Positions 49,037-59,481 of a stretch of DNA of 64,000 nucleotides are shown here, one piece after another. The position numbers and the translations under genes were made by a program. The notes below the pieces were generated by a model. The model had not been told where the DNA came from. It made no database searches and worked only from the letters and a program-made list of their open reading frames with translations. Source of the DNA: Calditrichaceae bacterium (GTDB lineage Bacteria > Calditrichota > Calditrichia > Calditrichales > JBFXGD01); the NCBI GenBank assembly GCA_050173015.1, contig JBFXLE010000002.1, forward strand, positions 32,001 to 96,000. The letters are read 5' to 3'. How positions within the stretch are numbered: position 1 is the stretch's first letter; each line of letters begins with the position of its first letter.

Positions 49037-49579
49037 ATGGCAAAAAAGTTGTTTTTTATTCTTATAATCGCGCAGATTTTGATTTTTGGAATCGGATATT
49101 TTTTCCTTGATCCAATTTTAGATAAAAAGATTGAAAATACAGAGTCTGAGCTGGCGACACTCGTTGATAAGTTAAAAAACGCTAAAAAGGCACAGTCAGA
49201 AATGTTAAAAATTGAAGAACGTTTAAAGGAAGAGCAGGAGCAGCTGGAAAAAATCAAATTAAAATATGTCAAAAAAACAGAGCTCTCAAAAGTCACCGAA
49301 AAACTAAATATCCTGGCCCGTCAAAATAATGTATCAATCACTGATTTTTCTCCGATACTGAATAATTATTTTGAACAGGCCGGGAATTCAAAAATAAATC
49401 CAATGCCGTTTTTATTGGAGATGAAAGGCGGATATCTTGATACCGGAAAATTTTTGGAAAATTTAGAAAATCTGCCTTTTTATCTGGTTCCCGGAGAACT
49501 AATTATGGAAAAGGGCAATCGTTCTGACGGTACGATTGTCTCGAAAGTAACCGTAAAAATATATACATGGAATAACTGA
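49037..49579 (+). CDS. pilO: PilO-like protein
   Basis: TM helix + coiled coil + 'LEMKGGYLDTGKFLENLENLP'. Confidence 0.82.
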   Translation: MAKKLFFILIIAQILIFGIGYFFLDPILDKKIENTESELATLVDKLKNAKKAQSEMLKIEERLKEEQEQLEKIKLKYVKKTELSKVTEKLNILARQNNVSITDFSPILNNYFEQAGNSKINPMPFLLEMKGGYLDTGKFLENLENLPFYLVPGELIMEKGNRSDGTIVSKVTVKIYTWNN

Positions 49580-49592
49580 TTTAGGAAAACGA

Positions 49593-50051
49593 ATGCAGAT
49601 AACCAAAGAACAAAAGCGTCTTTTAATGGTACTGTCTGCGGTAGTGCTGTTCGCGGTTATTGATTTTACTATAAATTCTGATCAATACCTGGGTTATTAC
49701 TTTAATGACAGCCCCGCATCAGTGAATGTAAATAAGGTGGATCGTTCGAAAGAAATTGTGACACCGAAATACGTCTCGATCTTAAATTATAAAAAGGGAT
49801 GGGGAAAGGATCCGTTTTTTGATGTCCCTGTAAAAAAAACAAAAAAAAGATCAGCAACTCAAAAAGTTGAGCCGATACTTCTTTTACAGGCAATTAGTTA
49901 CAGCGGCGAAAATTCGGTGGTAATGATAAATAATATGACAGTCAGAGCTGGTGAGGATATTGAAGGTTATCGAGTACTAAAAATAGAACCACAAAAGGTC
50001 ACGCTTATAAAAGACGGGATTATAAAAACGATAACCTTAGGCCAATTCTAA
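49593..50051 (+). CDS. PilP/MshK-like protein
   Basis: 'KDPFF', 'LQAISYSGENSVVMINN..VRAGEDIEGYRVLKIEPQKVTL'. Confidence 0.7.
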   Translation: MQITKEQKRLLMVLSAVVLFAVIDFTINSDQYLGYYFNDSPASVNVNKVDRSKEIVTPKYVSILNYKKGWGKDPFFDVPVKKTKKRSATQKVEPILLLQAISYSGENSVVMINNMTVRAGEDIEGYRVLKIEPQKVTLIKDGIIKTITLGQF

Positions 50052-50060
50052 GGAGATTCA

Positions 50061-51341
50061 ATGAAAAGATTTAAGTTGTTTTTAATCATTTGTATAGGCA
50101 TTGTGTTGAGTGTGAACAGTTCTTCCGCGGGCCTGAATGAAACTCTTTCTCAAAGAGTGTCTCCGAAATTTTACGGAATTTCTTTAGACAACGCGCTTCG
50201 GTTATTTGCCAAACAATATTCACTTAATCTCGTTATCGGGGGTGATCCACAGGGCAAGATCACAGTAGAGCTGTATAATGTGACCCTGGAGGATGCTCTT
50301 AATACTATATTAAAAGCGCACGGATATCACTATGTCATTGACAATGAAGTGATATTGATCAAGCCGCTTAAAGTGAGCGTAAACGGCGAACTTCAGACAA
50401 AAGTATTCAAACTCAATTTTATTGACGGTTATCATTTAAAGACAGCAATTGAGCCGTTAATTTCTGAAAAAGGGAAAATTGAAGCGCTGCTTTCAGAACC
50501 GGAACAGGAAGAAAAATATCAAAGGTCAAATTTTATAGTGGTGACCGATTATTGGGAGAATCTGCAGAGAATCGATGAAGTAAGAAAAATCATGGATGTC
50601 CAGGGAAGACAAATGCAGATCGAAGTCCGACTGGTTGAGACACTGATGACCGATGAAAAACAGGTCGGATTGAATTTACCAAAAAGTATTGGCGTTACTA
50701 TGACCGGAGCAGAAACAACGGCGCCAATCACTAAATCACAATCCAGTACATCGGGTCAGTCAGTGCTGTCAGCCTGGTATCAGCTGCCCAGTGGGTCAGA
50801 TGAATTGACGTTGGGAGTGATCACTTTTGATGAACTAAAGGCGACCCTGGACTTTCTGGCGACTGACAACAATTCACGGCTGATTTCCAATCCAAAAGTC
50901 ACCGCTCTTAATAATAAAAAAGCTCTTATAAAAATCGGAACGACAGTGCCGATTCCGGAGTTATCCCGCGGGGTAGGAGGAGATTACATTTCTTACCGTG
51001 AAAAAGATGTGGATATGAGCGTTGAAGTCATTCCGTTAATTAGTGATGACGGAAATATCACCCTGAATGTACACCCCATTTTGGAAGAAATTATCGGTTA
51101 TACAGGCCCAACCGAAACACCGCAGCCGATCACATCCAAAAGAGAGGTCAAGACCACCGTGATGGTCAAGGATGGTGAAACGGTGGTGATTGGCGGATTA
51201 GTCAAAGAAAGTGAAAGCAAAATAGTGAATAAAGTATGGTTGTTGGGCGATATACCCTTACTCGGATATTTCTTTAAACATACATCGACGATAAAAGAAA
51301 AAAAAGATTTACTAATCTTTATAACCACCAAACTGATGTAG
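50061..51341 (+). CDS. pilQ: Secretin (PilQ/MshL/GspD family), compact
   Basis: QIEVRLVE, ISNPKV, REVKTTVMVKDGETVVIGGL, KVWLLGDIPLLGYFF, LLIFIT. Confidence 0.92.
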   Translation: MKRFKLFLIICIGIVLSVNSSSAGLNETLSQRVSPKFYGISLDNALRLFAKQYSLNLVIGGDPQGKITVELYNVTLEDALNTILKAHGYHYVIDNEVILIKPLKVSVNGELQTKVFKLNFIDGYHLKTAIEPLISEKGKIEALLSEPEQEEKYQRSNFIVVTDYWENLQRIDEVRKIMDVQGRQMQIEVRLVETLMTDEKQVGLNLPKSIGVTMTGAETTAPITKSQSSTSGQSVLSAWYQLPSGSDELTLGVITFDELKATLDFLATDNNSRLISNPKVTALNNKKALIKIGTTVPIPELSRGVGGDYISYREKDVDMSVEVIPLISDDGNITLNVHPILEEIIGYTGPTETPQPITSKREVKTTVMVKDGETVVIGGLVKESESKIVNKVWLLGDIPLLGYFFKHTSTIKEKKDLLIFITTKLM

Positions 51342-51345
51342 GACT

Positions 51346-52377
51346 ATGGAAAAATTAATTCTTCAGGAGACCCTCAGATTCGCGGTTGAAAAAAAAGCTT
51401 CCGATATTCATTTCAGCAGCGGTATGCCGCCTGTCCTAAGGATTATGGGACAACTAAAAAAAGTGGACATGGCGCCGCTGACTAAAGAACATCTGACCAA
51501 TGAATTGACGGTGCTGTTGGATGAAACCCAGAAATCACTTTTAAAATCGGGGAAGGAAGTCGATTTCGCTATTGATATAAAGGATATTGCGCGTTTCCGT
51601 GTAAATATTTATAAACATATCAACGGTATCAGCGCCGCGTTTCGCGTCATTTATCCGGGAATTCGAACACTCGATGATCTTCAGATGCCGCCTGTTTTAA
51701 AACATATTCTGCAACGTCAGAAAGGATTGATTCTGATGACCGGCCCAGCGGGCAGCGGAAAATCCACAACCCTGACGGCAATGTTGCACGAGATAAATCT
51801 TTCGAAAAGAATGCATATAATAACGATAGAAGATCCGATCGAATATGTACATAAACCAATGAGTAGTCTGATTCATCAAAGGGAGGTGGGGGTACACACA
51901 AAAGATTTTGCTTCCGCACTGCGCGCGGCGATGCGCGAAGATCCGGATGTTATCCTTGTTGGGGAGATGCGTGATCATGAAACCATTGCAAACGCGCTTC
52001 ATGCTGCCGAAACAGGCCATCTTGTACTTTCAACACTGCATACAAATTCGGCGGCAGAATCCATTGACCGTATAATAAATGTATTCCCCGGTGAACAGCA
52101 GCCCCAGATTCGCGTTGTACTTGCAAGTACTCTAATAGCAGTGATCGCCCAGAGACTGGTTCCGAAAGCCGGCGCGCAGGAACGAATCGCCATGCTCGAG
52201 ATTCTGATCTCGACCGATGCGGTAAAAAATCTAATCAGAGAAAAGAAGAATCATCAGATAGATTCAGCTATCCAGACAGGCTCCGAGATCGGTATGCAGT
52301 CGTTTGCAAAAAGTCTGGAAAAATTAAAACAACAAAATTTAATTTCACCGGATTTAATCATAAGTGAATTTGTGTAA
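51346..52377 (+). CDS. pilT: Pilus retraction ATPase
   Basis: ASDIH, RFRVN, GPAGSGKSTT, TIEDPIEY, HQREVG, REDPDVILVGEMRD, AAETGHLV, AVKNLIRE. Confidence 0.95.
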   Translation: MEKLILQETLRFAVEKKASDIHFSSGMPPVLRIMGQLKKVDMAPLTKEHLTNELTVLLDETQKSLLKSGKEVDFAIDIKDIARFRVNIYKHINGISAAFRVIYPGIRTLDDLQMPPVLKHILQRQKGLILMTGPAGSGKSTTLTAMLHEINLSKRMHIITIEDPIEYVHKPMSSLIHQREVGVHTKDFASALRAAMREDPDVILVGEMRDHETIANALHAAETGHLVLSTLHTNSAAESIDRIINVFPGEQQPQIRVVLASTLIAVIAQRLVPKAGAQERIAMLEILISTDAVKNLIREKKNHQIDSAIQTGSEIGMQSFAKSLEKLKQQNLISPDLIISEFV

Positions 52378-52413
52378 TTCATCACAACACATTTGCCATT
52401 CTTAGAATAAAAT
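52371..52413 (+). promoter_or_regulatory. Class II CRP/FNR-family promoter upstream of the PAS-DHp-REC gene
   Basis: TGTGT-AATTCA-TCACA (52371-52386, 9/10 match); -10 TAAAAT at 52408-52413 puts the centre at -41.5. Confidence 0.55.
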
Positions 52414-52515
52414 AGAATTGGCATGAATATCATTTTATCGGATATCAAAACGAATAAAAAATATTAATTCTTGCCGTTTGACCGGGTGTCTTTTACTTTG
52501 AGGTGAGAATTGCTT

Positions 52516-52550
52516 TAAAATTCCCCTGTTTTAATATGGGGGGGATTTTA
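52516..52550 (+). terminator. Hairpin downstream of the pilus operon / in the leader of the next gene
   Basis: TAAAATTCCCCT...GGGGGGATTTTA, 12-bp stem with G-U pairs. Confidence 0.45.
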
Positions 52551-52596
52551 TCTAACATGATATCCAACTTAGGCTATTAACCATAGAAATTAAAAT

Positions 52597-54360
52597 ATGT
52601 CCGAAGAAAAATTTTCTGTTGGCATTATATATTCTCATGAATATGAACTTGAGATCATTAAAAAATCAATTCTGACATTAAAGCCGGATTCATTAAAATT
52701 TGACTATATCTATTTTAGTGATACAGACCGGATTTCTTCTGAAAGTGCAAAATTTGATTTGATTTTTTATTATGTCAGGGAAGAAAATCAATCGGGTATT
52801 GACCAATTCATCGAATTAACCAAAAAAATATCCGTATTGCCTGTTTCGGTATTATTTGATAAATATGTCGCCGGAATCTCAGATCAATTTCTAATACATA
52901 ATAACATTGAAACGCTCTACCTCGACCAACTGACCCGGTTGAACTTTCTTTCTTCAGTTAAACGAATAATCCGATTCCACAAACTGAATCTTGACTCACA
53001 GTATTTAAAGAGAAACCTGCATCAAAGTGATATCGTGTTTTTGAACTCCATACGAGGATATAATGACGGTATCATCATCGTCAATAAAAAAGGATTTGTG
53101 CATCTTATTAACCCGGCGTGTCAGAAAAAGTTTGGAATCCGTCCGGAAATCATACTCGGACAGACGTTATCGTCTGAACTGTTTTCCGATTCGGTAAGAG
53201 AAGTTGACGTAAGTGTTTTTGGGGGGGATAAGGGTATTGTTGAGATGCATGTTGGCAACCTCGTTTGGGATAATGAGGAATGCTATGTCTTAATATTGCG
53301 TGATATCAGTGATCAAAAGGAAACGGAGCAGCAACTCAGCGCCTTTAAGCTTGCCGTAGAGCATAATCCGACTCCTGTATTGATCACAGATAAAAAAGGG
53401 ATAATTATATATGTGAATCCCCAATTCACCGAAGTAACCGGATACAGGAAGAGCGAAATACTTGGCAAACTCCCCAGAATCCTTAATTCAGGTACGCATA
53501 CAAAAGAATTTTATGAAGAATTATGGAGTACCATTTTGTCAGGAAATATCTGGAGCAATGAAATTTGTAACAGAAAAAAAGACGGACAGATTTACTGGGA
53601 AAAACAAACTATTATTCCGGTAATAGACAACAATAAGGAACTTACACATTTTGTTTCACTGCGTGTCGATGATATGGAACGAAAAAGAGTAGAGGAGGCT
53701 CTGCGCAAGGCCGAGTCCCTTAAAAGTGTGCAGGAACTCGCCGGAGGGGTGGCGCATGAATTTTCTCAACCGCTTCAGGCACTGACAATCAGTATGTCTC
53801 TTATGGAACAATCGGCAGGGGCTTCACCATATTTCCCCAAAGCGCAGAAAATGATCCAGCGAATCATAGAACTGGTTGATAATTTAAAAAGTATTACAAC
53901 AATTAAAAAACAGGATTATCTGGATACAAAAATTATTGATATTAAAGCATCTTCCAATAGAAAAATTCTGGAAAACCAAAAGAAAAGAATTTTGCTGATA
54001 GATGATCAAAAGGAGGTTCTTGAGACATTGGTGGAAAGTCTCAACTTGGCCGGATTTATGTGCGACGGCGCGGCAGACGGATTGTCTGCTTTGGAATATA
54101 TAGGCAGTAATCAGTATCAGTTGATTTTGTCGGACGTTGATATGCCGGGTATGCACGGTATAGACTTGTTTAAAAAGATCAGGGAAATTAATTACCCGGC
54201 ATATTTTGTTTTTATGACCGGCTACGAAATTGATGAGGATATTAATGAGATTTTAAAACAGGCAGACGGTTTTATCAACAAACCATTTCAATTGAGTGAC
54301 TTGGTTAATCTTGTTTCCCGTTATATTGCAACGGATAAAAATAGTACAGGTAGTTCTTAG
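52597..54360 (+). CDS. Pseudo-REC-PAS-PAS-HisKA(DHp)-REC signalling protein lacking HATPase
   Basis: PAS 'IIYVNPQFTEVTGY...ILNSG...W...CNRKKDG..YWE'; H-box AGGVAHEFSQPL; C-terminal REC (LIDD, SDVDMP, MTG, NKP); no N/G boxes. Confidence 0.85.
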   Translation: MSEEKFSVGIIYSHEYELEIIKKSILTLKPDSLKFDYIYFSDTDRISSESAKFDLIFYYVREENQSGIDQFIELTKKISVLPVSVLFDKYVAGISDQFLIHNNIETLYLDQLTRLNFLSSVKRIIRFHKLNLDSQYLKRNLHQSDIVFLNSIRGYNDGIIIVNKKGFVHLINPACQKKFGIRPEIILGQTLSSELFSDSVREVDVSVFGGDKGIVEMHVGNLVWDNEECYVLILRDISDQKETEQQLSAFKLAVEHNPTPVLITDKKGIIIYVNPQFTEVTGYRKSEILGKLPRILNSGTHTKEFYEELWSTILSGNIWSNEICNRKKDGQIYWEKQTIIPVIDNNKELTHFVSLRVDDMERKRVEEALRKAESLKSVQELAGGVAHEFSQPLQALTISMSLMEQSAGASPYFPKAQKMIQRIIELVDNLKSITTIKKQDYLDTKIIDIKASSNRKILENQKKRILLIDDQKEVLETLVESLNLAGFMCDGAADGLSALEYIGSNQYQLILSDVDMPGMHGIDLFKKIREINYPAYFVFMTGYEIDEDINEILKQADGFINKPFQLSDLVNLVSRYIATDKNSTGSS

Positions 54361-54445
54361 ACGCTTAATACCGGTTACGTGACTGAATGTGCAGTAATTT
54401 TACACTAATTCAGGCGTTCTGGAAGACAACCCTTCCTACTTAAAA

Positions 54446-54463
54446 TTGGTATTATATTTGCAT
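54446..54463 (+). promoter_or_regulatory. sigma54-like -24/-12 element
   Basis: TTGGTATTATATTTGCAT (GG-N10-GC). Confidence 0.4.
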
Positions 54464-54547
54464 ATTGTTTAAGAAATAGCTTATAGATTTAACATATTCA
54501 AAGTCTAAGAAAAGATTAAGTTTATTCTCTCACGGGGTTATCACAAA

Positions 54548-54595
54548 AAACCGGTTTTGTCTTTCCCAAGATCAACAAAGCCGGTTTAATTTTTT
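54548..54595 (+). terminator. Rho-independent terminator-like hairpin
   Basis: AAACCGGTTTTGT-14 nt-ACAAAGCCGGTTT followed by AATTTTTT. Confidence 0.65.
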
Positions 54596-54641
54596 ACATG
54601 GAATTAAAAGCAGAATATATCATCAATTTCAATCCAATAAC

Positions 54642-54670
54642 TTGTTTGTTTTTAATAAATTCGTTATACT
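54642..54670 (+). promoter_or_regulatory. sigma70-type promoter for fbaA
   Basis: TTGTTT-17 nt-TATACT. Confidence 0.5.
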
Positions 54671-54730
54671 TCGCTTTCATTTCTTTTAAGTTTTTATAGA
54701 ATTTGACTGTCATACGCGAGGAGAATAAAA

Positions 54731-55759
54731 ATGCCAGTGGTTGATTATAATAAATATTTGGAGATGATCAAAAACGCGAAAAGAAATAAATTTGCATATC
54801 CGGCTATAAATGTGACCTCAGAAGCTTCCGCCAATGCTTGCCTCGCGGCTTTTGCCGAGATGAAAAGCGATGGCATTATTCAGGTTTCTACCGGCGGCGC
54901 GGAGTTTGCGTCAGGCCAGGGATTAAAAGACGCGGTGATCGGCGCAATCTCTCTTGCCCAACATGTGCACCTTGTGGCTGAAAAATATGATATTAATGTC
55001 GCGCTTCATACGGATCATTGTCCGCCTGATAAAGTTGAATCATTCTTAATACCATTGATTGCAGAATCCAGGAAAAGGGTTAATGCCGGCCTGAAACCAT
55101 TATTCAATTCGCACATGTTTGACGGCAGCTCTCTCCCGTTGAAAGAAAATATGGATATAGCGACCGGGTTATTAAAGGAATGCGCTGCGCTCGGGATCAT
55201 TCTTGAAGTGGAAGCCGGTGTCGTAGGCGGTGAAGAAGACGGTGTCAACAATGAGGGGCTTCCAGCATCAAAATTGTACACAACGCCGGAGGATATGCTC
55301 GAAGTGTATCGCAGGCTTTCTGAAGTTAAAGGAGGCATATATTTATTTGCGGCGACATTCGGCAATGTGCATGGAGTATACAAGCCCGGGAACGTTAAAT
55401 TACAGCCAAAAATTCTTAAAGAAGGACAGGCGGCGGTCATTTCAAAATATGGCGAAGATGCCGCGTTTTTTCTTGTTTTTCACGGCGGCAGCGGCTCATC
55501 CCTTGCTGAAATAAGGGAGACTCTGGATTATGGTGTTATCAAAATGAATGTGGATACCGATACTCAGTATGCTTTTACCAGACCGATTGTGGATCATATA
55601 ATGAAAAATTATGACGGTGTCCTTAAAATTGAAGAAGAAGTCGGTAATAAAAAAGTCTACGACCCGCGGTCATATCTGAAAAAGGCCGAAACCGGCATGA
55701 AAGAACGTGTAAAAAGAGCTATTATAGATCTAAGAACAGAGAATACCACCCTGGGATAA
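54731..55759 (+). CDS. fbaA: Class II fructose-bisphosphate aldolase
   Basis: YPAINVTS, LHTDHC, SHMFDGS, GGEEDG, FGNVHGVYKPGNV, VFHGGSGS, KMNVDTDTQ, YDPR. Confidence 0.96.
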   Translation: MPVVDYNKYLEMIKNAKRNKFAYPAINVTSEASANACLAAFAEMKSDGIIQVSTGGAEFASGQGLKDAVIGAISLAQHVHLVAEKYDINVALHTDHCPPDKVESFLIPLIAESRKRVNAGLKPLFNSHMFDGSSLPLKENMDIATGLLKECAALGIILEVEAGVVGGEEDGVNNEGLPASKLYTTPEDMLEVYRRLSEVKGGIYLFAATFGNVHGVYKPGNVKLQPKILKEGQAAVISKYGEDAAFFLVFHGGSGSSLAEIRETLDYGVIKMNVDTDTQYAFTRPIVDHIMKNYDGVLKIEEEVGNKKVYDPRSYLKKAETGMKERVKRAIIDLRTENTTLG

Positions 55760-55836
55760 GCGTTGTAGGTTGAAAATCGAGTTAATTTTAATTAAATTAA
55801 TCCGTTTTTATAAAATATAGCAGGTATGTGATTAAA

Positions 55837-56220
55837 ATGGAACGTACATTATTAAAATCGAAACTGCATCGCGCGACGATTACGGACGCCAATCTGAATT
55901 ATGAAGGCAGTCTGACGATTGATCAGGATCTGATGGATGCAGCGGATATTCTCCCTTATGAAAAGGTAGATGTTGTAAATATAAATAATGGCGCGCGTTT
56001 TACAACGTATGCGATTGTAGGAAAACGCGGGAGCGGTGATATTTGCCTTAACGGCGCCGCTGCCCGGCTCGGACAGATTGGTGACCTGGTGATCATCATA
56101 ACTTATGTCAATCTGTCAGCGGATGAGATTAATACACATCATCCTAAAGCTGTTTTGCTGGAAAAAGGAAATAAAATCAAATCTATACATAGTGAACCTG
56201 TTCCTCATGGATCAATATGA
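55837..56220 (+). CDS. panD: Aspartate 1-decarboxylase
   Basis: [15 protein letters not shown] self-cleavage site, [15 protein letters not shown]. Confidence 0.97.
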   Translation: MERTLLKSKLHRATITDANLNYEGSLTIDQDLMDAADILPYEKVDVVNINNGARFTTYAIVGKRGSGDICLNGAAARLGQIGDLVIIITYVNLSADEINTHHPKAVLLEKGNKIKSIHSEPVPHGSI

Positions 56221-58291
56221 ACCCGCCTCATTTTTTCATAAAATAATCAGAAACACAGCTGCAAAAGTTCTGAATTTAATCGATCGCGCAAAAATGACTG
56301 AGCATTCTTTTATCCTTGTCATCGCGGTTCTGATTGGACTTCTTGGGGGATACGGCGCTGTATTTATTCAATTCACCATAAAAGAATTTCAGAGATTATT
56401 CTGGCGGGGGGATTTTAATCTCGAAACCATATTCTCGGTACCCTGGTATTGGAAAATACTGATTCCCACTTTTGGCGGTTTTGTGGTTGGATTGATCATC
56501 CGGTTTTTTGCGAAGGAAGCGAAGGGGCATGGTGTTCCGGAAGTTATGGAAGCGATCGCTTTGAGAAATGGGCTTATCCGGCCGAGGGTTGTTTTTGCCA
56601 AACTTTTTTCTTCCGCGCTTTATATCGCTTCCGGTGGTTCGGTGGGAAGGGAAGGTCCCGTCATTCAAATCGGTTCTGCCGTTGGCTCGACCATTGGCCA
56701 GTTCTTTAAAGTGAATCCTAAAAGGATGCGGACATTTGTGGCATGCGGCGCCGCCTCAGGTATTGCCGCCGCTTTTAATGCCCCGGTTGCAGGCGCGTTA
56801 TTCGCTGTAGAAATAATCCTTGGTGATTTTGCGGTTCCGCAATTCAGTCCGATCGTTATATCTTCTGTTTCGGCGACAATCGTTTCACGACATTATCTGG
56901 GAGATTTTCCCGCGTTCCAGGTGCCGAAATATAATCTGGCTTCCCCGTTTGAGATTTTTAATTATATTTTCCTTGGATTTCTAGCCGGTTTAACCGCGCT
57001 CGCATTTATTAAAGTGTTGTATGGGGCGGAGGATTATTTTGATAAAATTAGCCTGCCTGATTACGTTAAAGGCGCGCTCGGTGGCCTGATGATCGGTATG
57101 ATCGGATTGGTTTTCCCTGAAATATACGGAGTGGGTTATGATACGATTGACGCGGCTCTGGCAGGGAATCTGATTTGGAAAATTGCTCTTATTCTCATCG
57201 CTGTAAAGATTATTGCGACATCCATAAGTCTCGGTTCAGGGGGATCGGGTGGTGTATTCGCGCCATCTCTGTTTTTAGGAGCAATGATGGGCGCGTTTTT
57301 TGGCGGTATTGTTCATCAAATTTTCCCAAACTGGACAGCGGAACCCGGCGCTTACGCGCTTGTGGCGATGGGAGGTGTGGTTGGAGCTGCCACTCACGGT
57401 CCGATTACCGCTATACTAATTATATTTGAGATGACAAATGATTATAAAATTATTCTGCCATTGATGATTACAACTATAATCGCTACTTTAATTGCCTCAA
57501 GATTACATAAAGATTCAATCTATACGTTAAAACTGGTCAGACGGGGAATTAATATCTTTGGCGGCCGAGAAGTTAATGTTTTGAGATCACTGAAAGTGGC
57601 TAATCTTGTCAAACAAAGTATAGAGCTGGTCTATGAAAACGATCCTTTTAGTGTTGTACTCGAAAAAATGGTGAACTCACCTCATAATAATATTTATGTC
57701 AGAAATAAACACGATAAGATTACCGGATATATTTCAATCCATGAAATAAGACAAACACTGATGGATTATGACGCTTTAAAAAATCTTCTCATCGCCCGGG
57801 ATGTGGCAAATTCCACTGTCATAACTGTTAAAGAGACAGACAATCTTGATTTTGTGATGAAGCAGTTCGGACGGAACGAATTGGATGAGATTGCCGTTAT
57901 TTCGTCCAACGGAGACGAAAAAATAGTCGGAACTATTTGGCAGATGGATGTTATAGAAGCGTACAACCATGAAATATTTCTCAGGGATATGTCAGGAGAG
58001 ATTGGCCAAAGCATAAAGAGTCTCACTGGCGAAAGAACTGTTCACGTGGTTGAACAGTATCATCTTAGTGAATTGGATGTACCCGAGCCATTGGTAGGTA
58101 AGTCATTTGAAGAGATTGGTTTTAGAAAAATCTATAATCTTGAAGTTTTATTGATCAAACGCAAAAAAAATACAGCCGGAGAATTAAAAACGGTTTATAT
58201 TCAACCTAGTGGTCAGACAAAAATGCAACGATACGATGTGCTTTTGGTATTTGGAATTAAAAACCATATTGACAAGTTTGGTAAAATATAA
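56207..58291 (+). CDS. ClC chloride channel/antiporter with CBS pair and C-terminal RCK_C (TrkA-C) domain
   Basis: [38 protein letters not shown] region; '[28 protein letters not shown]...DVLLVFG'. Confidence 0.9.
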   Translation: MDQYEPASFFHKIIRNTAAKVLNLIDRAKMTEHSFILVIAVLIGLLGGYGAVFIQFTIKEFQRLFWRGDFNLETIFSVPWYWKILIPTFGGFVVGLIIRFFAKEAKGHGVPEVMEAIALRNGLIRPRVVFAKLFSSALYIASGGSVGREGPVIQIGSAVGSTIGQFFKVNPKRMRTFVACGAASGIAAAFNAPVAGALFAVEIILGDFAVPQFSPIVISSVSATIVSRHYLGDFPAFQVPKYNLASPFEIFNYIFLGFLAGLTALAFIKVLYGAEDYFDKISLPDYVKGALGGLMIGMIGLVFPEIYGVGYDTIDAALAGNLIWKIALILIAVKIIATSISLGSGGSGGVFAPSLFLGAMMGAFFGGIVHQIFPNWTAEPGAYALVAMGGVVGAATHGPITAILIIFEMTNDYKIILPLMITTIIATLIASRLHKDSIYTLKLVRRGINIFGGREVNVLRSLKVANLVKQSIELVYENDPFSVVLEKMVNSPHNNIYVRNKHDKITGYISIHEIRQTLMDYDALKNLLIARDVANSTVITVKETDNLDFVMKQFGRNELDEIAVISSNGDEKIVGTIWQMDVIEAYNHEIFLRDMSGEIGQSIKSLTGERTVHVVEQYHLSELDVPEPLVGKSFEEIGFRKIYNLEVLLIKRKKNTAGELKTVYIQPSGQTKMQRYDVLLVFGIKNHIDKFGKI

Positions 58292-58329
58292 AATTACTGG
58301 GAATTTTTGTTAACTCTAAAGGAGTAGCT

Positions 58330-59481
58330 ATGTTACAATTTACCGAAGAACAGCAGATGATCCGTAAAATGGTGCGTGATTTTTCCCAGAAAGAAATCGC
58401 GCCGATCGCCATTGAAGTTGATGAAGCTGAGCGTTTTCCTATAGAAAATTTTAAAAAAATGGCGGAACTGAACTTACTGGGATTACCGATCTCCGAAACT
58501 TACGGCGGTGCCGGTCTGGATGCGGTATCTTATATGATTGCTTTGGAAGAAATGGCCGGGGCATGCGCATCAACAGCATTGTCTTATTCCGCGCACATTT
58601 CACTGGCTTCTGTCCCTATTGAACAATTTGGCACAGAGGAACAGAAACGAAAATATCTGGTTCCGCTCGCCAGAGGAGAGAAATTAGGGTCTTTTGGCTT
58701 GACCGAACCATCCGCGGGCAGCGATGCCGGTGGAACAAAGACAACGGCCGTAAAAGATGGTGACAGCTTCATTCTTAACGGGTCAAAAGTTTACATTACA
58801 AACGCGGAATACGCGGATATTTTTGTCGTGACGGCGGTAACTGAGAAATCACGCGGCACAAGGGGAATTTCTAGTTTTATTATCGAGCGGGGAATGCCGG
58901 GATTTGAAGTGGGTAAAAAAGAGAAAAAACTGGGAATGCGGGCATCTCCAACTTGTATGCTTCATTTTAGTGATTGCCGGGTTCCGGCTGAAAATTTGCT
59001 GGGAAATATAAATGAAGGCTACAAACAGTTCTTAATTACGCTCGACGGAGGACGCGTGGGAATCGCTGCGCAGGCGGTCGGAATAGCAAAGGCTGCTTTT
59101 TCCCGTTCCATGAAATACGCACAGGAAAGAGAACAATTTGGTCAGAAAATCGGCAATTTTCAAGCAATACAGTTTATGTTGTCCAATATGGCGACAAATA
59201 TAGAGGCAGCCGAACTCATGGTTTACCACGCCGCTCAACTGAAGCAGGAAGGAAAACCGTATAAGAGAGAAGCCGCGATGGCTAAACTGTTCGCGTCTGA
59301 AATGACAATGGATGTAACAAAAGACGCGATTCAAATTCATGGCGGATACGGCTATATCAAAGAATATGAAGTTGAAAGATACTGGCGAGACGCGAAACTG
59401 CTGGAGATAGGGGAAGGCACTTCCGAGGTGCAGCGTTTAGTTATTTACAGAGAGTTGTTAAATAATATAGACAGGTTATAA
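58330..59481 (+). CDS. Acyl-CoA dehydrogenase (butyryl/short-chain type)
   Basis: FGLTEPSAGSDA, LNGSKVYITN, KLGMRAS, REQFG, IQIHGGYGY, IGEGTSEVQR. Confidence 0.95.
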   Translation: MLQFTEEQQMIRKMVRDFSQKEIAPIAIEVDEAERFPIENFKKMAELNLLGLPISETYGGAGLDAVSYMIALEEMAGACASTALSYSAHISLASVPIEQFGTEEQKRKYLVPLARGEKLGSFGLTEPSAGSDAGGTKTTAVKDGDSFILNGSKVYITNAEYADIFVVTAVTEKSRGTRGISSFIIERGMPGFEVGKKEKKLGMRASPTCMLHFSDCRVPAENLLGNINEGYKQFLITLDGGRVGIAAQAVGIAKAAFSRSMKYAQEREQFGQKIGNFQAIQFMLSNMATNIEAAELMVYHAAQLKQEGKPYKREAAMAKLFASEMTMDVTKDAIQIHGGYGYIKEYEVERYWRDAKLLEIGEGTSEVQRLVIYRELLNNIDRL

